This document shows, piece after piece, positions 20,346 through 30,004 of a stretch of DNA of 64,000 bases. Origin of the DNA: a bacterium (GTDB lineage Bacteria > UBA8248 > JACPRG01 > G963555815); assembly GCA_965218795.1 (NCBI GenBank), contig OZ244653.1, positions 4,160,001-4,224,000 on the forward strand, read 5' to 3'. A program made the position numbers and the translations under genes. Numbering within the stretch: position 1 is the first letter of the stretch; the number at the start of each line of letters is the position of its first letter. A model generated the notes under the pieces. The model was not told the origin of the DNA and searched no databases. It was given only the letters and a program-made list of their open reading frames with translations.

Positions 20346-21803
20346 ATGAAAGATAACACCCAGGCCGTCCTCGATCATCTGAAAAGACGCGGGGTGGAAT
20401 ACGGCGACGTCCGCCGCATGGCGACCCGTCAGGAGCGGCTGTCGGTCAAGAACGGCCGCGTGCAGACCGTTCAACGGTCCGAGGACGCCGGATTCGGGAT
20501 CCGCGTGATCCAACGGGGGGCGTGGGGATTCGCAGCCGTCCCGGAAGAGCCTGACGGGCTCGAAGAACGCCTCATCCACACCGCGGACCAGGCTGTGGCC
20601 GTCGCCGAGGCCGCCGCGCGTGTGAACCGGGACCGGGTCCGCCTCGACCGCTCTCCGCCCGAGACGGGCCGATACGAGGGGGTGTGCGAAGAGGACCCCT
20701 TCCTGGTTCCGCTGGAAGAGAAGATCGACCACCTGGTCCGGGCGTCGGAGGGCATGATGCACCCGAAGGTCACCGCCGCCTTCGCGCGGATGGCCGCCTT
20801 CCGGGTGGAGAAGACCTTCATGAGCACGGATGGGGCCCGGACCGAGCAATCCTTCACGGAAACCGGCGCGGGCCTGACGTGCACGGTGAGAGAAGGGAAC
20901 GACATCCAGACACGCTCGTTCCCGACGGGCCACGGCGGCGATTTCGCCCAGCGGGGGTTCGAAGTCGTCCGGGGTATGGGGCTCGTAGAGGCGGCGCCCG
21001 GTGTTCTGGAAGAGGCGCTGGGGCTGCTGGCGGCCCCTTCCGTTCCGGCGGGTGAGTGGGATATCATCCTGGAATCCAGCCAGCTTTGCCTTCAGGTGCA
21101 CGAATCCTGCGGCCATCCCATCGAGCTGGACCGGGTGTTCGGCGATGAGATCAGCCTGGCGGGAGGAAGCTTTCTCACCCCCGACAAGCGGGGCCGGTTC
21201 CATTACGGCTCGAAGTGGATCAACATCCACGCCGACGGTACGATCCCCGGCGCCCTGGGAAGCTATGGATACGACGACGAAGGGGTCTCCCCCCGCCGCG
21301 TCCCGATCGTCCAGGAGGGTCTCTTTCTCGGGTACATGAGCTCCCGCGAGTCCGCCGCCCGTCTGAACGAAAACAGCAATGGCTGCATGCGGGCCGATTC
21401 CTGGGGCCGCATTCCCCTCATCCGGATGGTGAACATCAACCTGGAGCCGGGCGGCCCGGGCTCGCCGACGCTCGACGAGTTGATCGCCGACACCCGCCGG
21501 GGTCTCTTCATCGAGACGAACAAGAGCTGGAGCATCGACGACCAGCGGCTCCACTTCCAGTTCGGGTGCGAGGCCGCCCGCGAGATCCGCGACGGGAAGC
21601 TGGTCGCCCTCTACAAGAACCCGATCTACGCCGGCATCACCCCACAGTTTTGGAATTCGTGCGATGCAGTGTGCGGAGAGTCCGAATGGAGGATGTGGGG
21701 CCTGCCCAACTGCGGGAAGGGCGTACCCATGCAGACCGCCCATGTCGGTCACGGCGCGGCGCCCGCGCGCTTCCGGGGCGTGCGGGTCTGGAGCGGAGGA
21801 TGA
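20346..21803 (+). CDS. tldD: TldD metalloprotease subunit
   Basis: HESCGHPIELDR (HExxxH), YDDEG, RMVN, CGKG.P.Q. Confidence 0.9.
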   Translation: MKDNTQAVLDHLKRRGVEYGDVRRMATRQERLSVKNGRVQTVQRSEDAGFGIRVIQRGAWGFAAVPEEPDGLEERLIHTADQAVAVAEAAARVNRDRVRLDRSPPETGRYEGVCEEDPFLVPLEEKIDHLVRASEGMMHPKVTAAFARMAAFRVEKTFMSTDGARTEQSFTETGAGLTCTVREGNDIQTRSFPTGHGGDFAQRGFEVVRGMGLVEAAPGVLEEALGLLAAPSVPAGEWDIILESSQLCLQVHESCGHPIELDRVFGDEISLAGGSFLTPDKRGRFHYGSKWINIHADGTIPGALGSYGYDDEGVSPRRVPIVQEGLFLGYMSSRESAARLNENSNGCMRADSWGRIPLIRMVNINLEPGGPGSPTLDELIADTRRGLFIETNKSWSIDDQRLHFQFGCEAAREIRDGKLVALYKNPIYAGITPQFWNSCDAVCGESEWRMWGLPNCGKGVPMQTAHVGHGAAPARFRGVRVWSGG

Positions 21804-23191
21804 CGGTGCCCGGAGCCCATTCAGAAAAGGACCGAATCCTCTCAGCCCTCGACGCGGTCCTGAAGGACCCGCCGGCCGACCGGGTGGAGATGTTCGTCGG
21901 ACGTCGGTCGGGCGGCTACTCCCGCTGCGCCCGCTCTCGCATCCATCAGAGCGCGGAGGAATCCGGCGTGTCGGTCTCCATCCGCGCGGCACTGGGCCGC
22001 AAGGTCGGCGTCGCCTTCACGAATTCCCTGACCACAGACGGCCTGCGCCGCGCTCTGAATCAGGCCGTGGATGCGGCCCGCGCCTCTCCCGAAGCGGAAT
22101 ACCTGGGACCGCCCGTCGAGCCCTGGAACGCTCCCGAGGGAGTCGTGGACGGCGAGACGGCCTCCTTCGGAGCGGGCGGCCGGGCCGAGGCGTTGTCCTC
22201 CGTTTTCAAGCTGGCCGAAGCCCAGGGGCAGACCGTCGCGGGGGTCTTTGGGACGTGGGTCGAGGAGCGGGCGGCGGCGAACACAGACGGCCTGCGCGTG
22301 CTCGCTCTCAGGACGCTGGCGGAGACCAGCCTCATTGCCGAAGGGGAACGCGAAGGGCACTACACGCCCTCCGGCTACGCCCACGGGATCGCGCCGCGCG
22401 CGGCGGATCTGAACCTTGCCGGGCTTGCCGGGCGGGCGGTGCGGCGTTGCGCTCAATCCGTCTCACCGCGGACCCTCGAACCGGGCGACTATACAGTGCT
22501 CCTCGAGCCCCCCTGCGTGGCGGAGGTGCTGGAGTGGATGTCGTTCATCGGGCTCGGCGCGCAGGCCCACCTGGACGGCCGCGGGTTCATGAGCGGACGC
22601 AGCGGCGAGAAAATCACGGGCGGGCGCTTTTCGCTGTGGGACGACGCGGGCGACCCGGACGGACTGCCGCTTCCCTTCGACGCGGAGGGAACCCCGGCCT
22701 CCCGGTTTTCCCTTATCGAACAAGGTGTGGCCAACGGCCCCGTGATGGATTCCGTCCAGGGCGCACGCGCGGGCAACGCTTCCACGGGCCATGCCGCCTC
22801 GCTGGACCTGTCGGTCGAATGCCTGCCCCGCCACATGTTCGTACCGCCCGGCGACATACCTCTCGGTGAGCTTCCGTCGAAAATCGAACGAGGGGTGTGG
22901 GTCACGCGCTTTCACTACGTGAACGGCCTGCTTCATCCGCCCACCGCCCTGATGACGGGCATGACCCGCGACGGGACGTATTGGGTGGAAAACGGTGAGA
23001 TTCTATACCCGCTCTACAATCTCCGCTTCACGCAGGGCATGCTGGAGGCGTTCGGGAACATTCGGGCGCTGAGCCGGGAGCGGCAGCGCATCGGGGCCTC
23101 GTGGGAAGGGGGGACGATCTGCGTCGTCCCCGCCATGCTCATCGATGACTTTCACATCACCGGCGGCATGCCCGCGGCGGAGGAGGTGTAA
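21800..23191 (+). CDS. PmbA/TldE family protein
   Basis: ATG overlapping the tldD stop; PFDAEG, STGHA, TGMTRDG; lacks HExxH. Confidence 0.88.
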   Translation: MTVPGAHSEKDRILSALDAVLKDPPADRVEMFVGRRSGGYSRCARSRIHQSAEESGVSVSIRAALGRKVGVAFTNSLTTDGLRRALNQAVDAARASPEAEYLGPPVEPWNAPEGVVDGETASFGAGGRAEALSSVFKLAEAQGQTVAGVFGTWVEERAAANTDGLRVLALRTLAETSLIAEGEREGHYTPSGYAHGIAPRAADLNLAGLAGRAVRRCAQSVSPRTLEPGDYTVLLEPPCVAEVLEWMSFIGLGAQAHLDGRGFMSGRSGEKITGGRFSLWDDAGDPDGLPLPFDAEGTPASRFSLIEQGVANGPVMDSVQGARAGNASTGHAASLDLSVECLPRHMFVPPGDIPLGELPSKIERGVWVTRFHYVNGLLHPPTALMTGMTRDGTYWVENGEILYPLYNLRFTQGMLEAFGNIRALSRERQRIGASWEGGTICVVPAMLIDDFHITGGMPAAEEV

Positions 23192-23546
23192 TTCGTACTC
23201 TGGATTCATAAGGGAGGAACAGTTTTCAAAATGTCCTCCCCGCCGGCCCCCTCGAAAACTCTGGGGTAAAGCGCCAGCAGCGCTTCCCCTTTTCGCGAAA
23301 TGGAAGTTTTGCAGGGGGTGTGAAATTGAAACGCCGACCGGCGTCCGCATCGTCCTTCCGTTCCGCTTAAAGGCTCGGGTGGCGCAAACCGTTGAAGATC
23401 CAGCGGTTAGCCCGAGCGGTGCTTGAGCGGCAGTGCTCGCCGCGCACATTCGGGAACAGTTCCCGACCCGTCGCGCGGCTTCCGAACGCCATTATTGGGA
23501 GGCGCGGGGAACAACGCAATGCCGCGGGGGCTACCGGCGGGCGGTT

Positions 23547-23700
23547 TAGTCTGTCATTCCTGCGTAGGCAGGACTCCATGCGTAATGTCCTCCGAAGGGA
23601 GCATTCGAGGGTGTCCTCCGCCTGCCTGTGCGTCGCACGCAGACAGGCAGGCAACAGGCGGGGACCTATGGATTCCCGCTTCCGCGGGAATGACAGGCTA
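23547..23700. repeat. REP-like inverted pair with a nested palindrome
   Basis: tagtctgtcattcctgcgtaggcaggactccat ... atggattcccgcttccgcgggaatgacaggcta flanking cctgcctgtgcgtcgcacgcagacaggcagg. Confidence 0.75.
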
Positions 23701-23724
23701 GGGGGCCGAAGGAGAGGAACCGAC

Positions 23725-24758
23725 ATGAAAGGCGTAGCGTTCAAGGTGAACTATAACGACGGTGGAGCGAACGGTGGTCTGATCGGCTACCGAGGAGTCT
23801 GCTCGGACCGGATCATCGTGCAGAATGTGAAGATTGACCCGAGACCTTGGTGCAGCAACAAGGGCTGCGACTGCCGCATATACTGCGACAACGACTTGTC
23901 GACACGGCGCCCAACGGGTACCCATGTTATGAAAGATCGCTCTTAGAGCCGCCCTTTCGATTTGGGGCGGGTTTCTTCCACGAGGGGGAGAGAGCAGAGA
24001 CCCCCATGCGCATCAACGGCGTGGATCCGGGCGACATCGCCTTCCTCACCACCATCCTACCCGGAGGCGGACAGGAAGACCGGATCATCTTCGGTTGTTA
24101 CAGAGTCAAAGAAATTAGCGGCGACGATGATCAAGGGTATTTCGTCGAGTCCGATGAGACCATGGATATACGCCTGCCTGACGATGTGGCACGGGATTGT
24201 TTCTACTGGGACTACCAGAGACCGAACAGCGACGGAAGCAAGTGGTGGGGTTCTGGACTGCACCGCTACCTGGACGAAGAATGCACACGCAAGCTCATTG
24301 AAGACCTTCTGTGGCGGCTGGGCGATGACCCTGGTCGGGATATTCTGTTCCGAGCCTTTGACGGCGAGATCTTCCCTCAACGGACAACGACCCCTTATGG
24401 ACGTAGTGGCGAAGAAAGCGACGAACACCGGGAGATCAAGGAACGGGTCGCCGGAACGCCGAAATTAGTAGGGTTGCCCAAGACATCCGAGCCAAGCATC
24501 GAACACTCGTTCTTGAGCGGAGATCGCGTGGACGTGAAGTTCGATCTCCCGAACAATAAAACTGCGGTTGTGGAAGTGGAGATCGAAGTACCGCTTCCGG
24601 GAGCGCACCAAGCTGTAAAGTACCGTGCGTTGCTCGAAGTCGAGCGCGGAGATGCGTTGGGTGCCGGCGATGTCCAAGCCATTCTCGTAGCTCACCGTTT
24701 CGATGAGGAAACGCGCAAGCTCGCAGAACAGTACGACATCAAGCTGGTGGTGCTTTGA
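23725..24758 (+). pseudogene. Cys-rich N-terminal domain plus C-terminal PD-(D/E)xK (NucS-like) nuclease, one frameshift near 23900-23920
   Basis: Strong RBS; MKGVAFKVNYNDGG...CSD...WCS..C.C continues in the -1 frame as YPCYE...WGSGLHRY...ESDEH...SGDRVDV...VEVE...QAVKY. Confidence 0.7.
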
Positions 24759-24782
24759 GCCTGACAAGAGATCGGGAAGACA

Positions 24783-24992
24783 CTATTTTGCAATGGGCTT
24801 CTGTTGAGTGGGCCGACTGAACAGTGGGACTTTGAATTTCTGCGTTGCCGCCATCGCTTCGGCAATGATAGCGCCGACTTTCTCCGCTGCTTTGACGAGA
24901 TGCCCGTCGGCGAGATGCGCATATCCGGCGGTGGTTTGATGCCGGCGATGGCCGAGCAGCTTGCCGACCAGGGGAAGGTTCTCTCCCGACAT
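24783..24992 (-). mobile_element. C-terminal fragment of a tyrosine recombinase/integrase
   Basis: GENLPLVGKLLGHRRHQTTAGYAHL: box II LLGH and catalytic Tyr; N-terminal part absent. Confidence 0.85.
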
Positions 24993-25127
24993 GACGGCAT
25001 GGCTGGGTAGCTATGGCGCAGGGAGCAGGTTCTTCAATCCGAAGCGGTCCTGGAGCGTCGGAAATAAGAAAGCGGGAGATTCTGAAGACCGGCCAAAAGC
25101 GTTTCTAGTCCTGGGAGGGAAAGGTCC

Positions 25128-25568
25128 ATGCCTGTATGGCTTCTGGCAACCTTGGCTGCGGCGATCCTGTACGGTCTCCACAACGTGTTCACCAAAATGG
25201 CGGCGGGAAAGGTTTCCGACAACATGGGCGGGTTGCTGCTCGAAGGGACGGCCACGGTCTTGATCCTGCTCTTCATCATCCGGGAGCGGATGGCGACCGG
25301 AGGGTTCGGGTCCGCCTCCGCCCGCGGGATCGTTTTTTCCGTCCTGGCCGGGCTTTGCGTCGGGGCCGGGACGGTCCTGTACTTCTACATCTTCCGAATG
25401 GCCGGTGAGCTATCCGTGGCCGGGCCCATCGTATTGGCGGGCGGGATTGCCATCATGGCCGTGGCGGGATTGACGTTTTTTGGCGAGCCGCTGACGGCTT
25501 GGAAGGTTTTGGGACTGGTGTTTTCCGTTACGGGGATCTGGCTTCTCAGCGTTTCCACAGCTTCATGA
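25128..25568 (+). CDS. EamA/DMT family small transporter
   Basis: 146-aa multi-TM protein; FFGEPLT..K.LG motif. Confidence 0.85.
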   Translation: MPVWLLATLAAAILYGLHNVFTKMAAGKVSDNMGGLLLEGTATVLILLFIIRERMATGGFGSASARGIVFSVLAGLCVGAGTVLYFYIFRMAGELSVAGPIVLAGGIAIMAVAGLTFFGEPLTAWKVLGLVFSVTGIWLLSVSTAS

Positions 25569-25784
25569 TCCCGAAAGAGCCGGTCCGATACGGACAGCCA
25601 CCGGCTGAAGATCGGTCGCCAGGGCGAAACGACATCTGGCTGGCGGTTGGGGATGGACGAAACCCGCCGGATGAAGAACCGCTTGTACAGGCGTGCCACG
25701 TCCCTCTGAGACAGGGGCAGGCTCCCCCATGCGCTGCGGAGCTGGGGCGCGTTGTCCCCCGGACCGTCTATCTCCTCTCACCCC

Positions 25785-27197
25785 TCACCCCCTCGACCGG
25801 ACGGTGACGAATCCCCGGTGGCGGCCGCGCTGGATGAGGAGGACGGCGTCCCGCAAATACTGACCCGCGGCGATGGCCCCCTGAAAATCCTTGAAGGTCT
25901 TGATGCGCAGGTTGTTGATCTTCCGGATCACGTCGCCCGCTACGAGACCCGCCTGGTCCGCCGGACCGCGGTCGAACGTCTGGACGATGACCACCCCGTC
26001 CGCCGTCAGAATCTTGTACCGCGAACGGTGCTCCGCCGTCAGATCCCGCGCGACGATGCCGAGCCAGTCCTGCGCCACCCTGTCCGCCGCCTCCGCGCTC
26101 AAGCCCTCGGCGACGACCGTACGCCGGATGGTCTTCCCCTTCCAGAACAGCTCCAGCGACATCTCCGAGTCCTGCGTATACCCCGCCATGTCGGACAGGA
26201 ACTCCACGCGGGACTCGACCGTCTTGTTGCCGATGCGCATCAGGATCATCCCGGGCTGAATGCCGGCCCGCGAGGCGGTGCTTTTCTCGAGGACCCGGCT
26301 GATGAACACCCCGAACCGGTGGGAATAGCCGAACTGGTTGCGAATGGGTCCCGTCAGGTTGCGGACGGTCAGCCCGGTCCACCCGGGCTGTATCTCGCCG
26401 AAGCGGACCAGGTGGTTTACGATGCGCTTCACCCGGTCGATGGGCACCGCGAAGCCGATGCCTTCCGCCTGGGCGCGGATCGCCGTGTTGATCCCGATGA
26501 GCCCGCCGTTGATGTTCAGCAACGGACCGCCCGAGTTGCCGGGGTTGATGGCCGCGTCGGTCTGGATAAAGTCCGTCTGGATGCCGCCTTTCAGCTGAAC
26601 CGCCCGGTGCACGCCGCTGATGATGCCGGTCGTCACCGTATGGCCCAGTCCGAACGGATTTCCGATGGCGATGACCGTCTCGCCCGGCATGAGGTCTTCC
26701 GATTGGCCCATCTTCACGTAGGGCAGGGGGCCCCCTTTGGCCTTGATACGGATCACGGCCAGGTCCGAGCGGGAATCCGCCCCGATCACTTCCGCCTCGA
26801 ACTCCCGCCGGTCGATCAACGAGACCCGGATGCTCGTGGCCCGGCGGATGACGTGCTCGTTGGTGAGGATGAATCCCTTCGGGTCGATGATGACTCCCGA
26901 GCCCAGGCTCTGCCGCTTGCGGCGGCGGGGGGCGTCGAAGCCGCGGAAGAACTGCTCGAATTCCGGCGGGAAGAAGCCCGGAAGACCCGCGGAGGGGGAT
27001 TGCCGGACGATGACCTCTTCGGTGTTGATGTTGACGACTGCCGGCCCGACCTCCCGCACGGCGATGACGGCGGGGGTCTCCCGGGAAAACCGCCCCGTGG
27101 CCTTGGAAATGGGGAAGACCACGGCGGCGACGCAAAGGAGAAGGAGAAATCGGAAGACCCGGGGTCGTCCGGGGTGCCGGAGATTGGGGAACTGCAT
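25785..27197 (-). CDS. HtrA/DegQ serine protease with two PDZ domains
   Basis: Signal peptide; SLGSGVII, TNEHV, DLAV, QTDAAINPGNSGGPL. Confidence 0.95.
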   Translation of the reverse strand: MQFPNLRHPGRPRVFRFLLLLCVAAVVFPISKATGRFSRETPAVIAVREVGPAVVNINTEEVIVRQSPSAGLPGFFPPEFEQFFRGFDAPRRRKRQSLGSGVIIDPKGFILTNEHVIRRATSIRVSLIDRREFEAEVIGADSRSDLAVIRIKAKGGPLPYVKMGQSEDLMPGETVIAIGNPFGLGHTVTTGIISGVHRAVQLKGGIQTDFIQTDAAINPGNSGGPLLNINGGLIGINTAIRAQAEGIGFAVPIDRVKRIVNHLVRFGEIQPGWTGLTVRNLTGPIRNQFGYSHRFGVFISRVLEKSTASRAGIQPGMILMRIGNKTVESRVEFLSDMAGYTQDSEMSLELFWKGKTIRRTVVAEGLSAEAADRVAQDWLGIVARDLTAEHRSRYKILTADGVVIVQTFDRGPADQAGLVAGDVIRKINNLRIKTFKDFQGAIAAGQYLRDAVLLIQRGRHRGFVTVRSRG

Positions 27198-27222
27198 GGA
27201 AGGAAAACTCAGCGTACGTCCG

Positions 27223-28665
27223 TCAAGAGTGGTTCAGGGCGACGAAAAGAGAGTTCCGGTTGCGCCGGATGAGGAACAGGATCGAATCCAGATCCAGGGC
27301 CTGATGAAGCAGGCGTTGATAGTCCCTCACCCCCAGGACGGGGTTTCGGTTGATCTCCAGGATGACGTCGCCCTCCTGGAGCCCCCCCGCTTTCGCGGGG
27401 CTGCCGGATTCCACCGAGAAAATGACCACCCCGGCGGGCGGGCTCAGATTCATCCGCTGCGCCAGGTGTTCCGTGAGGGGACTCACGTGAAGCCCGAGGC
27501 TGCGGCCCGCCGAATCCTCGCGTATCCCCTGTTCCTCAGCGGTCCGGACGTCAACGGCCACGGCATAGGTTCTGCCCTTGCGAAACAGCTTCAGACGCGC
27601 CCGGGTTCCGGGCCGGGAGGCGGCCACCCAGGCCGTCACGTCTCTGGCGGCGTGAATGCGTCTTCCGTTGTACTCCAGGATCACGTCCCCGTGCCGGACG
27701 CCCGCGCGCGCGGCCGGTCCGGAGGAGGACACCTCCGACACCAGGGCACCCTGTCCGCGAGGCAGGCTCAGCGTCCTCGCCACGGTTGGAGTGACTTTCT
27801 CGAAGTTCAGACCGACCCATCCCCTGCGGGCGGAACCGTAAATCCGCAGGTCGGGCAGGATGGCCTTCGCGATGTTGATGGGGATGGCGAATCCGACGCC
27901 GAGACTCTCGGCCACGATGGCCGTGTTGAGCCCCACGACCTCTCCCCGGGCGTTCACCATGGGACCGCCCGAGTTGCCCACGTTGATGTAGGCGTCCGTC
28001 TGGATATAGTCGTCAAAGGGGCCTGTGCCGATCACCCGGCCCTTCGCGCTGACGACACCGACCGTGACGGTGTGAGACAGCCCGAAGGGGCTTCCGATGG
28101 CCATCACCCACTCTCCGACTTCCACACGCTCGGAATTCCCCAGGATTGCCGCGGACAAGGACCGCCCGGCGTCAATCTTCAACAGCGCGACATCGGTCTC
28201 CGGATCGGTCCCGACAATGCGGGCATCGTATTCGGTTTGGTCCTCCAGGGTGATCTTGATAACGCTGGCCCGCTCGATGACGTGGTAATTGGTGAGGATG
28301 TAACCCTTGGAGTCCACGATGACGCCGGACCCCAGGCTGTGACGGGGACCGCTTCGGCCGTGTGAGCCGAAATCCGGCGCAAACCGTTCCAGGTAGTTTC
28401 TGCTCCGCCGCCGCTCGTCTCCCATGAAGAGGCGCAGGCGAGGTAATCTCCAGCCCCGGACCTTCTCGGTTGTGCTGATGTTCACGACCGAGGGCTTGGC
28501 AGTGCGGGCCACCTCGATGAACGTGCGGTTGCCAAACGGGTGCCGGCGCGGATCGACCCCTTCCGATTCCGTCCGCAGACCGGGGCCTCCCAGCAGGAGC
28601 CCCGTCAGGAGAATCGGAAAAAGACGTCCCCAGGGACGCATGCGGATGGATATCAAGGGCCGCAA
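27223..28665 (-). CDS. HtrA/DegP (Do) serine protease with two PDZ domains
   Basis: TNYHV, TDVAL, QTDAYINVGNSGGP, RGWVG; start position uncertain. Confidence 0.93.
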   Translation of the reverse strand: MRPLISIRMRPWGRLFPILLTGLLLGGPGLRTESEGVDPRRHPFGNRTFIEVARTAKPSVVNISTTEKVRGWRLPRLRLFMGDERRRSRNYLERFAPDFGSHGRSGPRHSLGSGVIVDSKGYILTNYHVIERASVIKITLEDQTEYDARIVGTDPETDVALLKIDAGRSLSAAILGNSERVEVGEWVMAIGSPFGLSHTVTVGVVSAKGRVIGTGPFDDYIQTDAYINVGNSGGPMVNARGEVVGLNTAIVAESLGVGFAIPINIAKAILPDLRIYGSARRGWVGLNFEKVTPTVARTLSLPRGQGALVSEVSSSGPAARAGVRHGDVILEYNGRRIHAARDVTAWVAASRPGTRARLKLFRKGRTYAVAVDVRTAEEQGIREDSAGRSLGLHVSPLTEHLAQRMNLSPPAGVVIFSVESGSPAKAGGLQEGDVILEINRNPVLGVRDYQRLLHQALDLDSILFLIRRNRNSLFVALNHS

Positions 28666-28772
28666 CGTCTTCCCTTTGGGCTGCTCGGATGAACCGAAAT
28701 CAAAAGGGTTTCTTGGATGGGCCGGAGCCTCCCGCCCGCTGCGGCAATCTCTTCACCCGGCTGGCCTTCTGA

Positions 28773-28801
28773 TTGACAACGCTCGACTCCGGCACTACTT
28801 T
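28773..28801 (+). promoter_or_regulatory. Putative sigma70 promoter for the pgi/pmi-lepA operon
   Basis: TTGACA, 17-nt spacer, TACTTT. Confidence 0.5.
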
Positions 28802-28906
28802 GACTTTATCCCTTAGCCATTGGGCTGTAAAGGGATTTTTTTGTGCGGGAATTGCGTTTGTGCGGTGGTCTCCCTTCTTTCTTAGGCTATTCTCGGAGAT
28901 TTTCAG

Positions 28907-30004
28907 GTGCTCGAGGCCGATAGGGCGATCCTGGACGACCCGGACCGGATATCGAGCCAGGATCCAGGGGGTATGTTCGACCTCCTGGCCGCCTGGCCCT
29001 CCCAATGGTGGACCGCGTCGGACCCAATTCTCGATGCCGGATGGCCGGAGGTTCCGGCGGACGGTTTCCGCCACGTGGTCGTTTCCGGTATGGGCGGGTC
29101 CGCCATCGGGGGCGATTTCCTGAACGCCTGTTTCGGCGACGCGCTCGGGATCCCGCTCATCGTCAATCGATCCTGCGACTGTCCTCCTTTTGCGGGGCCG
29201 GAGACGCTCTTCATTGCCGTCAGCTACTCCGGAAATACCGAGGAGACCCTCTCCTCGCTGGCGGGCGCGTTAGAGCGCGGCGCGGTCACGGCGGGCGTGA
29301 CGGGCGGGGGTCGGCTGGAGGCCGAGTTCCGGCGGACGGGCGGGCAGGTTTATCTCATTCCGGGAGGCCTTCCGCCCCGGCAGGCGCTGGCGCCCCTGTT
29401 CCTGACACAGATGAAACTGCTCCAGGGCGTCGGGGTTGTGCCCGAATCGTCCGAGGCGATTGCGGAAACCGGCGAAACGCTTGGCAAACTCGCCCGCCTC
29501 TACGCTCCGGATGTCCCGACGGATGAAAACCCGGCCAAGCAGATGGCCTACGCATTGTTCAAACGGGTGCCGGTGATCTACGGCGTCCAGGGTCGGACCG
29601 ACGCGGTCGCCGTCCGCTGGCGGGGCCAGATCCATGAGAACAGCAAGAACTGGGCGACGGCCGCGGCCCTTCCGGAACTGGACCACAACGAGATCGCGGG
29701 CTGGTTTTCGCTCTCCTCCATCACCCAACAGGTGGTGTCCCTGGTCTTTCTGGAGGATCGGGAGGACGGCGAGCGGATGATCCGGCGCCGTGAGATGACC
29801 TGGGATGCCGTTGCGCCCCACGTGGCGGGCGCCTTTGCCGTACAGTCGAGCGGCGAGAGCCGTCTCGCCCGGCTGTTCTCTCTGGTGATCCTCGGTGATT
29901 TTGTCAGCTGCTACCTGGCGGTCCTCAATGAGGTCGACCCCCTCCCGGTTCCCGCCATCGAGGAACTCAAAAAGGCGCTGAACGCCGGTTCGGCGGAAGC
30001 ATGA
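28907..30004 (+). CDS. Bifunctional phosphoglucose/phosphomannose isomerase (SIS domains)
   Basis: [34 protein letters not shown]. Confidence 0.92.
   Translation: MLEADRAILDDPDRISSQDPGGMFDLLAAWPSQWWTASDPILDAGWPEVPADGFRHVVVSGMGGSAIGGDFLNACFGDALGIPLIVNRSCDCPPFAGPETLFIAVSYSGNTEETLSSLAGALERGAVTAGVTGGGRLEAEFRRTGGQVYLIPGGLPPRQALAPLFLTQMKLLQGVGVVPESSEAIAETGETLGKLARLYAPDVPTDENPAKQMAYALFKRVPVIYGVQGRTDAVAVRWRGQIHENSKNWATAAALPELDHNEIAGWFSLSSITQQVVSLVFLEDREDGERMIRRREMTWDAVAPHVAGAFAVQSSGESRLARLFSLVILGDFVSCYLAVLNEVDPLPVPAIEELKKALNAGSAEA

Noticed and set aside
25563-25781. Small ORF between the HtrA and EamA genes
   Set aside because: No convincing RBS or motif; competing frames are equally weak.
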